Shown here: piece after piece, positions 1-12,697 of the stretch
Position numbering within the stretch: position 1 is the stretch's first letter
Layout of the letters: every line of letters begins with the position of its first letter
Assembly: GCA_965287045.1 (NCBI GenBank)
Contig: OZ336892.1
Coordinates: 5,146,001 to 5,210,000, forward strand
Origin: Carcharhinus amblyrhynchos
Lineage: Eukaryota
Direction: 5' to 3'
DNA length: 64,000 nt
The notes under the pieces: model-generated
What the model was told of the DNA's origin: nothing
The model's input: the letters and a program-made list of their open reading frames with translations, nothing else
Database searches by the model: none
Made by a program: the position numbers and the translations under genes

Positions 1-405
1 AAACCACACCTTAACAGGGAATGTCAGTATGCGTTTCAAGGCACTCCAACATAGAACAAACAATTCTTTATAGACAAACGCAAGCACTATGTACAATGGA
101 GAGGAGCACATACCAAACATTACATCAACTAGTAAAATTAAAGCAATAGGCTGCAGGTGCTAAAAATCTGAAACAAAAACAGAAGGTGCTGGGAAAAAAC
201 TCAGCAGGACTGGCAGCATCTGTGGAGAGAGAAACAGTTAACATTCAAGTCTATGTGCATTTATATTATATTACAATCTTCTTGATTAGAGTTACAATGA
301 CTTTTTATGTAGGTACTATACATTATTGGCAATAACATGAATAAGGATGTTACATCAACATACAAAATAAAGGATGACATTGAATAACAAAATAATGTGA
401 ACTAG

Positions 406-1163
406 TGTTAGGATACAGACCAGAAACCCCAAGGTGTTATGAACTCCAACTATATCCCAACAGTTTTTCTATTTTGACATTAGTGTGAGGATTAGGTGTT
501 TCACTCTATGTGTGATTTTATATATACAAGGGATGTTTTATCAAAACAAACTTTATTTAACAATACAGTTTAACTATAATGAATGAATTAGCTTAACTTT
601 TACCAATTGAAATATAATTCTTAACTGTTAACCTACCTCTATTAGTTGCAGTTCAAGCAATATTCCTCTGATAGACTTAACTCCTCTTCAAAATCAGTTA
701 GCAACACACCAGCTTACATGCTTGTACTTTGTCTGCCAGTCCTCGAGCCTCAAGACATCTCTAGAGAGAGATAGAGGGAGATCTATTTCTCCCAGTAGGT
801 CCCAAACAGCAGCCTCCACAGAGATGGAAAGGACATCTCTTGCTTCTTTCAGAGCCCAGCAATAACTGCTTGCTTTTCTCTGTAAATTTAGCTCCTCCTC
901 TTAAAACACATGACTTTGTCAATCAACCTAATCAAAACCCTACCCAGAAACCCCAGGGGGGAAAAAACAAATAAACAAAAATACAATAACTCAGATCAAG
1001 ACAAACACATGCCTAGCTAAAATCAATCAGCCTGCATTCTCAGCATATGAGCTGCCTGGTACCCAGACAAATTGGCACCATGTAAATCAGTGCTGATTTT
1101 TAAACATACCCCTTACAAGAACAATTATATAAATGCATTTCTTAAAGACACAGCATCATAACA
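406..1163 (-). mobile_element. Probable solo LTR (Gypsy/ERV-like)
   Basis: 758-bp unit bounded by TGTTAGGA...TCATAACA (7/8 inverted match, TG...CA ends). Flanks CTAG/CTAT look like a degenerate 4-bp TSD. Minus-strand AATAAA near 551-556. Confidence 0.55.
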
Positions 1164-3002
1164 CTATATATAAAACATCACTACATAATTGCATGCTTTT
1201 GCATTATATGTAGCAAATACTATAGAAAGGATGTTATATATGATGTGGAATAACTCAGAATGTCATATGACTGTAGTATTAAATAGTCTGGAGAGTAATG
1301 TGGCATCATAGTGGGGATGATAGGAAGTAATAACTATAAAAATGTTTTGTTGTGCATGGATATAACATGATATCTATTCATTATAAAGAATATCCATGTT
1401 AAATTCATTATGGTGTACATTATATAGCACACTTTACAGTAGAAGCTGCAGATACTGGAAAACTAAAATAAAAATAGAATATGCAGGAAATGCAGAGGCA
1501 GAGCAGTCAGAATGAGAGAGAGAAAAGTCAAGTTCATGTACTTTTAAAAATATATATTTTGGAATTACATCTGAGCTGTCCCTTCAAGTCACTTATAAAT
1601 CAAGGTACAGGTCATAGGGAAAAACTAAATGAAATACAATCTTATGTAACAATTCACTTGAAAATCATTATCAGTTCATACTTGAGTGAGTTAGTCAGCT
1701 TCCAGTTACAATGCACAATTGTTCATTCTGAAGCTGGCTAATATGGAAATCATGCAGCAGTTTAGGAAAGTATACTTTGGTTAGAATCATTGGATCATAT
1801 AGCACAAATGGCCATTCACCTCTGTGCCATCTCTATGGAAAGCTATCCAATTAGTCCCGCGGTCCTTGTGATTTTCTTTCATTTTCAAATATTTATCCAA
1901 TTCTGGCTGATTATAAGAATGAGGCTGTGCTCCCTGACATCATCCTGAACAGCCAAACTCAAATTTTGATGTTTTGTCCCCTTGTTCTGAGACAATCTGT
2001 CCATCATATCAACTCCTCTCATCATCTTAAAAGTCTCAATTCAAATCTTATGTATTCATGGAATTACAAGCCTGATTTGTAATCTATTTTAGAATTCATC
2101 TCTTTAAGACATTCCAATTGAACTGCACCGCACCCCCTCATGGGGTCTAATCAGAACCCTTCCCGGCTGTAACATAATTTCCAAATCTTTGATATCATTC
2201 CTTCTTCCCTAATGCAGTGTCAACGAGACCAAGTTTAGCAACTCCAACTGAGATGAACCAACCCAGCACACAGATGGAAATGGGGAACATTTGGTCCACA
2301 TGGTTTAATCTTGGCACAACGTGTTCCATTTCCATGTCTAGTAACTGGGGAGAAACAGTGCCGCGCCCACCGCCATCCCCACTTTACCTTTGAGACAATG
2401 ACGGCTCTTTTCAATTGCTCAATCAGACAAGGGTTTGGATTCTCGGGTGACTTCAGTGGAAGCTGGCCAGACTACACTTGAATCTATTTACCTGATTGCT
2501 GGGATATATTTTGATTAATTGCCCACAGATGTTGGGACTCCACATCTGGAACTGATCCATTCCACCAAGTAATTAGTAAAAGTGACCAATAATCATCAAT
2601 TTCCAAATCTCAGTGATAATAACCATCAGGTGTATGTCTCTGACACTCAGCCCTGATCCTGATGCATTGACCAATACAAGGGCTTGTTTTTATAATTAGT
2701 CATTCATAGTGAACCAGGTTAAAGATGTCTCTCTTGTCCAAGACTTAGGCAGCACAAGTTGCATCCTGTATAGGACAGGACTCCATTCCCATGTGCCCTC
2801 TCTTCATCACAGTGGAAGCAGGAAATCTCTTGGGGATCAGGATGCCTGAGGAAGGAGAGTGTGGCATTGAGAAAACTTGTTTTAGTCACATTTTTGCAAT
2901 CACCTGAAGGTAAATTAAAACATCCATATACAGCAAATACTTCTCAACAAATTGAATTGATGAAGACCTTTTAACCCTGCCAACTAGGGCAGATTCCCAG
3001 TG

Positions 3003-3277
3003 GGGCTGCACAGTGGCACTGTTGCCTTGTGGTGCCAGAGACCTGGGTTCAATTCTGGCCTTGGGTAACTGTGTGGAGTTTACATATTCTCCCTATATCT
3101 GCATGGGTTTCCTCTGGGTGCTCCAGTTTCCTCACAAAGTCCAAAGATGTGCAGGTTAGATGGATTGGCTATGCTAAATTGATCATTAATGTTATGGGGA
3201 TAGAGCCTGATTGGCATTATTGTTGGTGCAGGCTTGATGGGCTGAATGGCCTCCTCCTGCACTGTAGGGATTCTAAA
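3003..3277 (+). mobile_element. tRNA-derived V-SINE (HE1-like) with CR1-type tail
   Basis: A-box-like gcacagtgg, B-box-like GGTTCAATTC, core TGCATGGGTTTCCTCTGGGTGCTCCAGTTTCCTC, tail GGGCTGAATGGCCTCCTCCTGCACTGTAGGGATTCTA. Confidence 0.85.
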
Positions 3278-4249
3278 TGATGTTTGAGGCGATGGCAAGC
3301 CTTGAGTTTAATGGAGTTATCTCTAGTTTAGTGTTGTGTGGTTGCAGTGGGTTTGGGTTGCCAATTGCTGCTCCCAGGAGGTGGAGAGTAGATGTGGGGC
3401 AACTGCTCACAGGGACCCAGTACCCACTAACCCCCTGATGGTTAGCATAAGACTGCAGCTAGCACAGGACAAGGAGGACTGAGACAGCAGAACAACTGGT
3501 ACCTGCACAAATTATCAAACTGAACATGTTTCAGTCCAGTTATTAAGGAACAGCTCCCCACACACCAGCTATTCTTAATATTTCACCCAGATCATACTGG
3601 TGACCTAATATTCAACTGTGGAGGCATCACAGCTGATCTCAACCCTAACATCACTGAAAAAGACACTTTCATTGGGAGGTGTTTGGGAAGTGGGAATGGG
3701 GGGCTGAAAAGATTTCCCCACTTTGTTCAGAAGCATTCAATCCAACCACATTGCTCAAATCTTGAGATGAGTAAACACAGCACATAAAGGGAAGTGAGTG
3801 TCGCTCCATGCCTCTCTGTGACTCACAGAGCTGGCTCCTTACACACACACACCAGGATAGCCCCAGATTGAAAGAAGCCTTGGAGCCTGCTGGTAAATGT
3901 TAATGGATTGTATATCTGACATCCATTGTCAGTTTGCGTTTACATTCCAAACAGATCCTGTCACAGGAATAAAGGAGCCGGATTTAGCAATGTAAACTCA
4001 TGGTCCTCCGGAATCCCAACTAAAAATAGCATTAAGAAATGGAAGGTATCTCAAACTTGCCTTGAGATACACAAGCCCTTAGCTGGTAGAGATTGATAGC
4101 ACGATGGAGTCCTGCCTCCTGACAGATCCGGAGCAGTGATAATGTTAATAGGGCTTGAACTAGGTGTGAAAGATACCCATGCTGAGTGTAATTGCTACAT
4201 GTGGGGTTATGATTTTCATGACTATAGCACCTTGTCATGACCTCAGGGC

Positions 4250-4625
4250 ACATATTACAGCCAGTTAAACACTTTTGAAGAGCAACCCTGGTTGTAAAGT
4301 TGGGATATTTGACCTTTTTCCACACAAGTAAACTCCCACAAACAATAATTTGATCATTAAAGCAAAATGCTATGGATGTTGGAAGTGTGGAATAAAAACA
4401 GAAAATATTCTGCAGTTAGGTCAATGATGTAGATATTAATCAGAGGGGTAAAGATTGACCAGGATATCCGGGCGAACTTTGTTCGATAATCTGCAGGAAT
4501 TTGTGCCTCAATTTAAGAGGGTAGATGGTCTCAGATTAACAGTAATTAACAGTAACAGTAACATTGCCTCCAGTAATGCAGCACTCCTCAGTATGGCAAT
4601 CAGATGCCAGTCTAGATAATGTGCT
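4250..4625 (-). mobile_element. Decayed Deu-domain SINE (SacSINE1/AmnSINE1-like)
   Basis: Reverse complement of the Deu-type core also seen at 7940-8095 and 30860-31030. Family name from recall. Confidence 0.5.
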
Positions 4626-4664
4626 TAAATCAAACCAATGTCTGAACTCTGCAGGATTCAGAGT

Positions 4665-5375
4665 GTCTACACAGACCATCAAGCACCTATCTATTCTAAT
4701 CCCATTTTCCAGCACTTGGCCTGCAGCCCTGAATGCTATGATGTTTCGAGTGCACATCTAAATGCTTCTTAAAAATGTTGTGAGAGTCCTCATCCCTATC
4801 GCTCTTTCGGGCAGCGAGTTCCAGATTCCCACCACCTTAGGGTGAAAATGTTTCTCCTCAAATCCCCTGAAAATCTCCTGCCCTTACCTTCAATTTGTGA
4901 CCCCTGGTTATTGACCCCCCACCCCTGCCCTCTACTAAGGGGAAGAGTTTCTTTCTATCCACCTTATCTATGTCCCTTATAATTTTGAACACCATGATCA
5001 TGTCCCCCCTCAGTCTTCTCTGCTCCAAGAAAAAACAACCCTAGCCTAATCAGCCTCTTCGTAGCTGAAACTCCAATCCAGGCAACACCCAGGAATCTTT
5101 GGACATGCACTCCAAGGTCTCTTTGGCCCTCTTCTTGCCAGTATCCTATCGTTCACTGCATATCCTCTTGCCTTGTTAGTCCAAAGTACATCAGCTCACA
5201 CTTTTCAGGGTTAAATTCTATTTGCCACTGTTCTGACCAGCCTGTCTCTATTGTCCTGTAATCTAAGGCTTTCCACCTCACTATTTACCACACCATCAAT
5301 TTGTTTGGCATCTGTGAACTTACTGATAATACCTCCTACATTCCCATCGAAATCATTAATGTGCCAATGAGTGAA
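4665..5375 (-). mobile_element. Decayed CR1-type LINE 3' fragment
   Basis: Antisense CR1 ORF2 C-terminal motifs (GAGTTCCAGATTCCCACCACC, TCCCCCCTCAGTCTTCTCTGCTCCAAG) plus a 3' UTR. Confidence 0.7.
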
Positions 5376-5960
5376 TACATTCTGTCAGAGTTTTCATAAA
5401 TTGACCTAAGTACCAACATTTCCTGGTTGATTTTACGCTGTGACAGGAGAGATATAACCACACTCAATGCCAGATAATCAGATCCAGAAGCCTCACAATA
5501 CCAGGTTAAAGTCCAATGGATACAACTTCTTACTGCGCCCACTCCAGTGCAACACTGGCATCTCCACATCATAGATAATCAGATGTCAGCTCCAAGATTC
5601 ATCCCAATAATCTGAGTCTAAACTAATGTGGAGTTACCTTTTAGTTAACAACATAATGTACTTTCCATATCTCATCTCACCTTAAACATTTAATGTGCGC
5701 CATACTGAGGTTTATTTAATGCATGTGTACCAGTGATCTACATCACTGACATGGCATTATAGCAGCCTCTCAGTGGAGGGATGTGTTGTTGCAATTATAC
5801 AGGGCCTTGGTGAGGCCATGCCTAGAGTATTGTGTGCAGTTTTGGTCTCCTGTTTTGAAGAAGAACGTTCTTGCTCTTGAGGGAGTGCGGTGAAGGTTTA
5901 CCAGGCTGATTCCAGGGATGGTGGAACTGCTGTAGGAGGAGAGATTGACTTGGTTAGGAT

Positions 5961-6668
5961 CGTCGCAAAAACCCAGCCTGCAAGTGCAGCAGGTGGTCAG
6001 GAAGGCGAATGGGATGCTGGCCTTCATAGCGAGGGGGATTGAATATAAAAGTAGGGAGGTCTTGCTGCAGCTGTATAGGGCATTGGTGAGGTCGCAGCTG
6101 GAGTACTGTGTGCAGTTTTGGGCGCCGCACCTGCGCAAGGATATTTTGGCCCTGGAGGGAGTGCAGAGGAGGTTTACTAGGCTGATACCGGAGTTGAGGG
6201 GGTTGAGCTATGAGGAGAGGCTGAATAAACTAGGCTTGTACTCGTTAGAGTTTAGAAGAATGAGGGGAGATCTCATTGAGACGTATAAGATGATGAATGG
6301 GATGGATAGGATAGAGGTGGAAAGACTCTTCCCGCTCAAAAAAGACAGTAGGACTAGGGGGCACAGCCTCAAGATAAAGGGGGGGCGGTTCAGAACGGAG
6401 TTGAGGAGGAACTTCTTCACTCAAAGGGTGGTGAATCTCTGGAATTCTCTGCCCGTTGAAGTGGTGGAGGCTGCCTCGCTAAATATTTTTAAGAAGCGGG
6501 TTGATGGGTTTTTGATAAGAGAGGGGATTAAGGGTTATGGGGAGAGGGCGGGAAAGTGGAACTGAGCCACGACAGATCAGCCATGATCTTATTGAATGGC
6601 GGGGCAGGCTCGAAGGGCCAGATGGCCTACTCCTGCTCCTATTTCTTATGTTCTTATGTTCTTATGTT
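5961..6668 (+). mobile_element. Young 5'-truncated CR1 LINE, ORF2 C-terminus still open
   Basis: ORF 5945-6565 (LYRALVRSQLEYCVQFW...LYSLEFRRMRGDLIETYK...FFTQRVVNLWNSLP) and a (TTCTTATG)n tail. Confidence 0.93.
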
Positions 6669-6903
6669 TTCACTGGAATTCAGATGAAGTGGGGAAAGCT
6701 CATAGAGACTAGGCAGGGAGGATATTCCCGTTGGTGGAGGAGTCCAGAACCAGGGGTCACAGTCTTCAAAGATTCAGAGTAGACCATTTAGGATGGAGGT
6801 GAAAAGACATTTCTTCACCCAAATAGTGGTGAACCTGTGGAATTCATTACCACAGGAAGTAGTTGATGCCAAAACATTGAATGTATTCAAGAGGAGGCTG
6901 GAT

Positions 6904-7568
6904 ATAAGAACATAAGAAATAGGAGCAGGAGTAGGCCATCTAGCCCTTCGAGCCTGCCCCGCCATTCAATAAGATCATGGCTGATCTGTCGTGGCTCAGT
7001 TCCACATTCCTGCCCTGCTCCCCATAACCTTTAATCCCCTCTCTTATCAAAAACCCATCAACTCACATCTTAAAAATATTTAGCGAGGCAGCCTCCACCA
7101 CCTCAATGGGCAGAGAATTCCAGAGATTCACCACCCTTTGAGTGAAGAAGTTCCTCCTCAACTCCGTTCTAAACCGCCCCCCTTTTATCTTGAGGCTGTG
7201 CCCCCTAGTCCTGCTGTCCTTTCTGAGCAGGAAGAGTCTCTCCACCTCTATCCTATCCATCCCATTCATCATCTTATATGTCTCAATGAGATCTCCCCTC
7301 ATTCTTCTATACTCTAACGAGTACAAGCCTAGTTTATTCAGCCTCTCCTCATAGCTCAACCCCCTCAACTCCGGTATCAGCCTGGTAAACCTCCTCTGCA
7401 CTCCCTCCAAGGCCAAAATAGCCTTGTGTAAGTACAGCGACCAAAACTGCACACAGTACTCCAGCTGCGGCCTCACCAGTGCCCTATACAGCCACAGCAA
7501 GACCTCCCTACTTTTATATTCAATCCCCACGCTATGAAGGCCAGCATCCCATTAGCCTTCCTGACCAC
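6904..7568 (-). mobile_element. Second young 5'-truncated CR1 copy, inverted
   Basis: ORF 7063-7530 on the minus strand is nearly identical to the 5945 ORF; tail reads ATAAGAACATAAGAA on +. Confidence 0.93.
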
Positions 7569-7939
7569 TTGGGGCAAATGGGATCAAAGCAGGATTAGGC
7601 TATTGAGTTAGATAATCAGCCATGATTGTGATGAATGGCAGAGCAGGCTTGAAGGGCCAAATGGCCTCCTCCTGCTCCTATCTTCTATGTTTCCATGGAG
7701 GGTCAGCCTTGGGTATGGGCTTCAACCTAGAAACTTCTAAGAAGTGAAGGAGCCACCAACTATGGCCAACTGTATCAGCCTTTCTATTTCAGATCTCCTG
7801 GTCAGTTCTCTGTCAGATTGTGTCACTAAAATGGAACATTTTGTCTTATGGCTTTGTTCCTCGTAGAAGGACAAACTCAAAGTATTCATCCAGCCCTTTT
7901 ACTGATCCCATCATGCTGTGCTAAACTACAACTGCCAAA

Positions 7940-8095
7940 TAACAATATTTAGCCCTCACTAACATCACTAGAATGGTTTATCTGGCCAACATCTGCTGTT
8001 GGTGGGAGTTCATGTCCACAAATTGATTGCTACATTTCCGACATTACAACAGTGACTGCCATTCAGAAGTACTTTGGGATGTCCTGAAGTACTAT
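7940..8095 (+). mobile_element. Deu-domain SINE fragment
   Basis: CTGTTGGTGGGAGTT...CACAAATTGATTGCTACATTTCCGACATTACAACAGTGACT...CAGAAGTACTT core. Confidence 0.55.
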
Positions 8096-8364
8096 ATAAC
8101 CAACATTACACCTTAAGGATACAGCCTCAAACTGTTTTCTCATCAGCCTATGTTACAATGACATAGAGTTTCGCAGGGGTCAGTGTGAGATGCTCAGTTT
8201 CCTAGACCCATGAATGATGGTTGTTCTGCAATGACCTAAAGTCTTCTTGTCCGTCAGATGCGGTTAATCACAGAACCAGAATTCAAGACCAAAGAGCAGA
8301 GATCAGAGGATACACAAATTGCTGATTTGAAAATGTAGAGATGATTGTAATCAGCATCATTAAC

Positions 8365-9080
8365 TGCAGAGTAATGTCACTGAACTAATCATCCAAAGGC
8401 CTCGTCTTATGTTCTAGGGATGTGGTTCAATTCCCACCAGGGCAACCAGGATGGAATTTAAATTCAGTTAATAAACCTGGAATTGAAAGTTAGTCTTAGC
8501 AATGGTGACCATGAAGCTATAATTGATTGTTGTAAACTATCTTGTTCACTCATATCCTTTAGGGAAGGTAACCTACCATCCTTACCTGGTCTGGCCTACA
8601 TGGTGGTGGAATGGCAAGGTGGCACAGTGGTTAGCTGTGGAGTCACTGTTTATGTGGAGTGTCACTGTTCATGTGGAGTTTGCACATTCTCCTTGTGTCT
8701 GTGTGGGTTTCTCCGGGTGCTCTGGTTTCCTCCCACAGTCCAAAGATGTGTGGGTTAGGTTGATTGGCCACGCTAGTGGCCCCTAGTGTCGAGGGGATTA
8801 GCAGGGTAAATATGTGATTTTACGGGAATAGAGCCTGGGTGGGATTGTGGTTGGTGCAGATTCAATGGGCTGAATGGCCTCCTTCTACACGGTAGGCATT
8901 CTATAATTCTATGATTTTATGTGACTCCAGACCCACAATACTGTGGCTGACTTTTAAATGGTCTCTGAAATGGCCTAGCAAACGACTCAGTTCAAGGGTA
9001 ATTAAGGATGGGCAGGAAATGCTGGCCTAAATGGGCAATAAATGCTTGCCAGCCGTGCCCACATAACAGGAAAAAATAAA
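8365..9080 (+). mobile_element. tRNA-derived SINE interrupted by an HE1-like SINE
   Basis: B-box GGTTCAATTCC at about 8424 and body CCTTTAGGGAAGGTAACCTACCATCCTTACCTGGTCTGGCCTACATG, resuming at ATGTGACTCCAGACCCAC (about 8919). An antisense relative lies at 62650-63000. Confidence 0.7.
8613..8915 (+). mobile_element. HE1-like V-SINE
   Basis: GGTGGCACAGTGGTTAGC head, V-domain core and (ATTCTAT)n-like tail. Confidence 0.85.
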
Positions 9081-10791
9081 GAAGAAAAGGGTACAAGGAA
9101 AGAATTTTGGATTGAATTTGAGGTCCGAGTTCATTCGTTATTTTAGAATATTAACCTACACGTGTATCTAACTGTGACTCTCCACACTTCACATTCCTTC
9201 CCCCATCTTCATCCCTTCAGCTAGTTTTCCGTCTGGCTGCATGTGGAGGAGGAGGGATGCTGGCCAGTGCCAATGAGGCTCACTGCCTCTGGACAGGAGT
9301 TTTATCAACTCCTGCTATGCATGCTGGCTGGCCTCTTTAATCTGTACCGGTGGCCGATTCTTAACGTCGCGCGAACATCATCTGGCAAGGTAGACAGTTG
9401 TATGAAATCTAATCCCCAATCTGAGGGTGACCAGGGATGGGTAATAAATGCTGCTTTGCCAGTGACGTTTACCATCCCCGGAGAGAAGTCTTTAAACCTC
9501 AGCACAGATAATGGACTGAAACCGAATCCACTCCTAGTCGGTACATTGAAGATACTGATTTTAAACTTCAAACCAAAATGGATTAAATTCTCAATGTACA
9601 TTTTGGGAAGGTAGATTTTGAAGCACTTTGATCAAGTTTGCCAGGTTTGAACGGTATTTTCTAAAATGCATCTTAATGTTTCTTCCTTAATCTTAACCCT
9701 TTCTGCTTTACTCTCTGCAACTGTGATTTAGAATGGGGCTCGGCAAAGGGTTAATCTTCCATGGCTACAACGCGTATTGCTGACAGACATGAGGGCGGGG
9801 ATTGCTGAGGCCTTGGACAGACTCGTCCCATGAAGCTTTCACTCTTAATAAATGTAGCTTTAAATTGCTGGAACTACAGATGAAACATGCAGTCTTGCAG
9901 CGCTCTGCGAATATCAGGCACTGGGTCCATCTAATAATGTTTATGATCTGTTTTGAAAATGTTTCAGAACAGCTTGATTGTAGCCAGCGGGTTTTCATCT
10001 CAGGTGATTTAACATTGTATGGCACAAGCAGGGATCAGCACAATCAGAAATGAAACCCACATTTCTCTCTCTCCCCCAGTTGTTCGGACGGATTTCTGCT
10101 ACATCTTAGCCAGTCACTAGCCATGTCTGTGAGGTTTCATCATCGACAGATGGCCCGACCTTTACCTGCGGGCAATTCTGATCCTGATCTACTCCCCCTC
10201 CGTTAAAATATGTAAAACGATCAAAGACTGACTGAGTGCCTTGCAGAGAAAGCTGCTTGGCTCGATTCAACTCCTGACTGTAAACTTTACCTGTATCGAA
10301 ATCAAAATAGAGCGGCAGATTTCGGGGTCTGCGATTTTAACTAACGGCTGCTTGATGTGCCCCCCTCCATCATGACTTTGTGAATATTCTAACTGAAGAT
10401 TTGTTTAAAATACAAGGGTGCTTTAAAAAGAGAGAGAACTGGAATCGCAATCACTATGTTTGAATTTTAATGTTACATTTTAGTAGCTGTCACGGCCTTG
10501 GGATTAAATCATGAAGAATTGGTTCAGGAATGGCTGCCTGTTCTTATTGCAACTGCCCCTGTTAAAATAGTGGAGAAAATAATTTAATATAAATCTACTG
10601 ACTGCCCAGAGAGAAGGGGAGGGGACCGTACCGCCCCTCCAACATTATACTTCACTCAATTTAATTAACCAGGTCTGATCCTTATCTCAACTCCATTGAT
10701 CCGTTTTGATTCCATTCTTCAATGTCCTTACCAACTGAAACATTAGTCCTATTTTTTAATTGCCCCCCCCTCCCGCCCCAACCCAACCACT

Positions 10792-11180
10792 ATTTGATTT
10801 TATTTGATTTGATTTATTATTATCACAGGTATTAAGTATACAATGAAAAGTATTGTTTCCTGCGCTCTATACAGGCAAAACATACCGTTCATAGAGAAGG
10901 AAGCGAGTGCAGAATGTAGTGTTATGGTCATAGCTAGGGTGTAGAGAAAGATCAACTTAATGCGAGGTAGGTCCATTCAAAAGTCTGACAGCAGCAGGGA
11001 AGAAGCTGTTCTGAGTCGGTTGGTACGTGACCTCAGACTTTTCTATCCTTTTTTCCCGAAGGAAGAAGGTGGAAGAGAGAATGTCCGGGGCGTGTGGGGT
11101 CCTTAATTATACTGGCTGCTTTGCCCAGACAGCGGGAAGTGTAGACAGAGTCAATGGATGGGAGGCTGGTTTGTGTGGAG
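10792..11180 (-). mobile_element. Rex1/Babar-type LINE 3' end
   Basis: (ATTTG)n tail on +; reverse complement of the 63135-63560 copy. Confidence 0.8.
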
Positions 11181-11643
11181 TTGCAGATTTCCTTTAGGTA
11201 AAGTGTCTCCTGACCATTGCTCCCTGACGGGTTCTGCTCTTGGGTGTAATCTCAGAGACCTGCTTCCCATATTACTTGTTTTATAACATGTCGCTATCAG
11301 AAATGCTCCGAGAATTCGTTTCCCAGATGTTCAGTGAAAGAGGGGTAATATTTTGAAAGCTGAAAAAAATATCTGGAGCACGAAAGAGTCAAACTGCCCA
11401 TAAATCAACTTTCCCTTCAGACTTGGCCCCGGTTAGTTGGGATTCGGATGATCGAATCTTATTATGGACAAGATTCAGGATTGTGAAAGAACAGTGTAGG
11501 TAACAAAGCTGACGGCTGGACACAAGCACGGCAATATTTAAGAGTTTAATGTGTGAAGAAAGGTTTACAATCAGCAGCTGAAATAATTATCTGATTGCGG
11601 ACGCATCAATCTACAATTGGTGTTAATTTAGTGCATCAACTAA

Positions 11644-11845
11644 TAAAAGCAAATTACTGCGGATGCTGGTATCTGAAACCAAAAGAGAAAACGCTGGAAA
11701 ATCTCAGCAGGTCTGGCAGCATCTGGAAGGAGAGAAAAGAACTGATGTTTCAAGTGCAGATGATCCTTTGTCAAAGCTCTTTTCTCTCCTGACAGATGCT
11801 TCCAGACCTGCTGAGATTTTCCAGCATTCTCTCTTTGGGTTTCTG
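11644..11845. mobile_element. Palindromic Penelope-like terminal repeat element
   Basis: Arms of about 66 bp (GCTGGAAAATCTCAGCAGGTCTGGCAGCATCTG and its reverse complement). The same family occurs at about 140-250, 12698-12838 and 31045-31255. The Penelope assignment is inference. Confidence 0.6.
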
Positions 11846-12697
11846 TGCATCAGGTGTTGGTGCTGAATGAATATCTTCCCTACCCAGGTATACTTGTGGG
11901 GTAGTTAAGAATTTAACAATGTGAACCGAAGTTTCCTCTCAGTGATCCAGCCGGGAATGGCATCACCGGCGTTATCTTATTATGATTTGAGCAAATGCAA
12001 CATAATGGTGCCCAGATTCTTGAGCAAGGAGACAGGCGTGACCACTTGGTGCTGACTCAGAGAACAGCCCCTGATTAAGACTCTGAGATTGGAGGTGTCT
12101 TCATGCCGCCGGCTCGGTGCTGACCCTAAACCACTTGGCGGCAACGTTGAGAGTTTCGGGTTGAATCCAGGAGCGAAGTTAGAGTTCGAGAGAAACGATG
12201 CGAGAACCGAGTCACTGAGAACAGCTCACCATCAACCTGGAGTCTTAGCGATAGAGAATGGCGGCGAGATTTAACTGACCCGCAGAGATACTGAAATGTT
12301 AGCAGTGTGTGGGACACTGTGACCCGTGCCCTCTACAGATTGAAATGTTAATTGTTGCGGCAGTAACCAGGTTTGCAGAGTTTAATCACAAACCTCCCCT
12401 ATCAATGCTGAGAGGATTCGTTTAACCAGCGAACGAAACAAAGCGTTCGAAACCTTGTGTAAAAATTCTCCCGTTTGTATCTTTATTCCCGGTGGGACTG
12501 TCCTGTGCGTTCGCGATCAGGAGAGGGTTTCAGGAAAGAAAGAACATCCACTTTTCGGAACTCACACCCAGAGTTTTTAATACTCAATAAATTACTTCTA
12601 AAATACCATCGTTATTGTTGGGAAATTGCAAGCCAGAAAGGCACAGCAAGATCCCACAAGCTGAATTAATGATAACCGAGTGCTGAGGGATAGGCAT

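Larger units (their letters stand above)
5770..7695 (+). mobile_element. Older CR1 LINE 3' fragment split into three pieces (about 5770-5960, 6669-6904, 7569-7695) by two younger insertions
   Basis: The pieces join into a continuous CR1 ORF2 C-terminus and 3' UTR ending CTCCTATCTTCTATGTTTCCATG. Confidence 0.85.

Noticed and set aside
5945-7530. 206-aa and 155-aa ORFs as host genes
   Set aside because: They are C-terminal pieces of CR1 ORF2 in truncated insertions, lacking the RT core and a true start.
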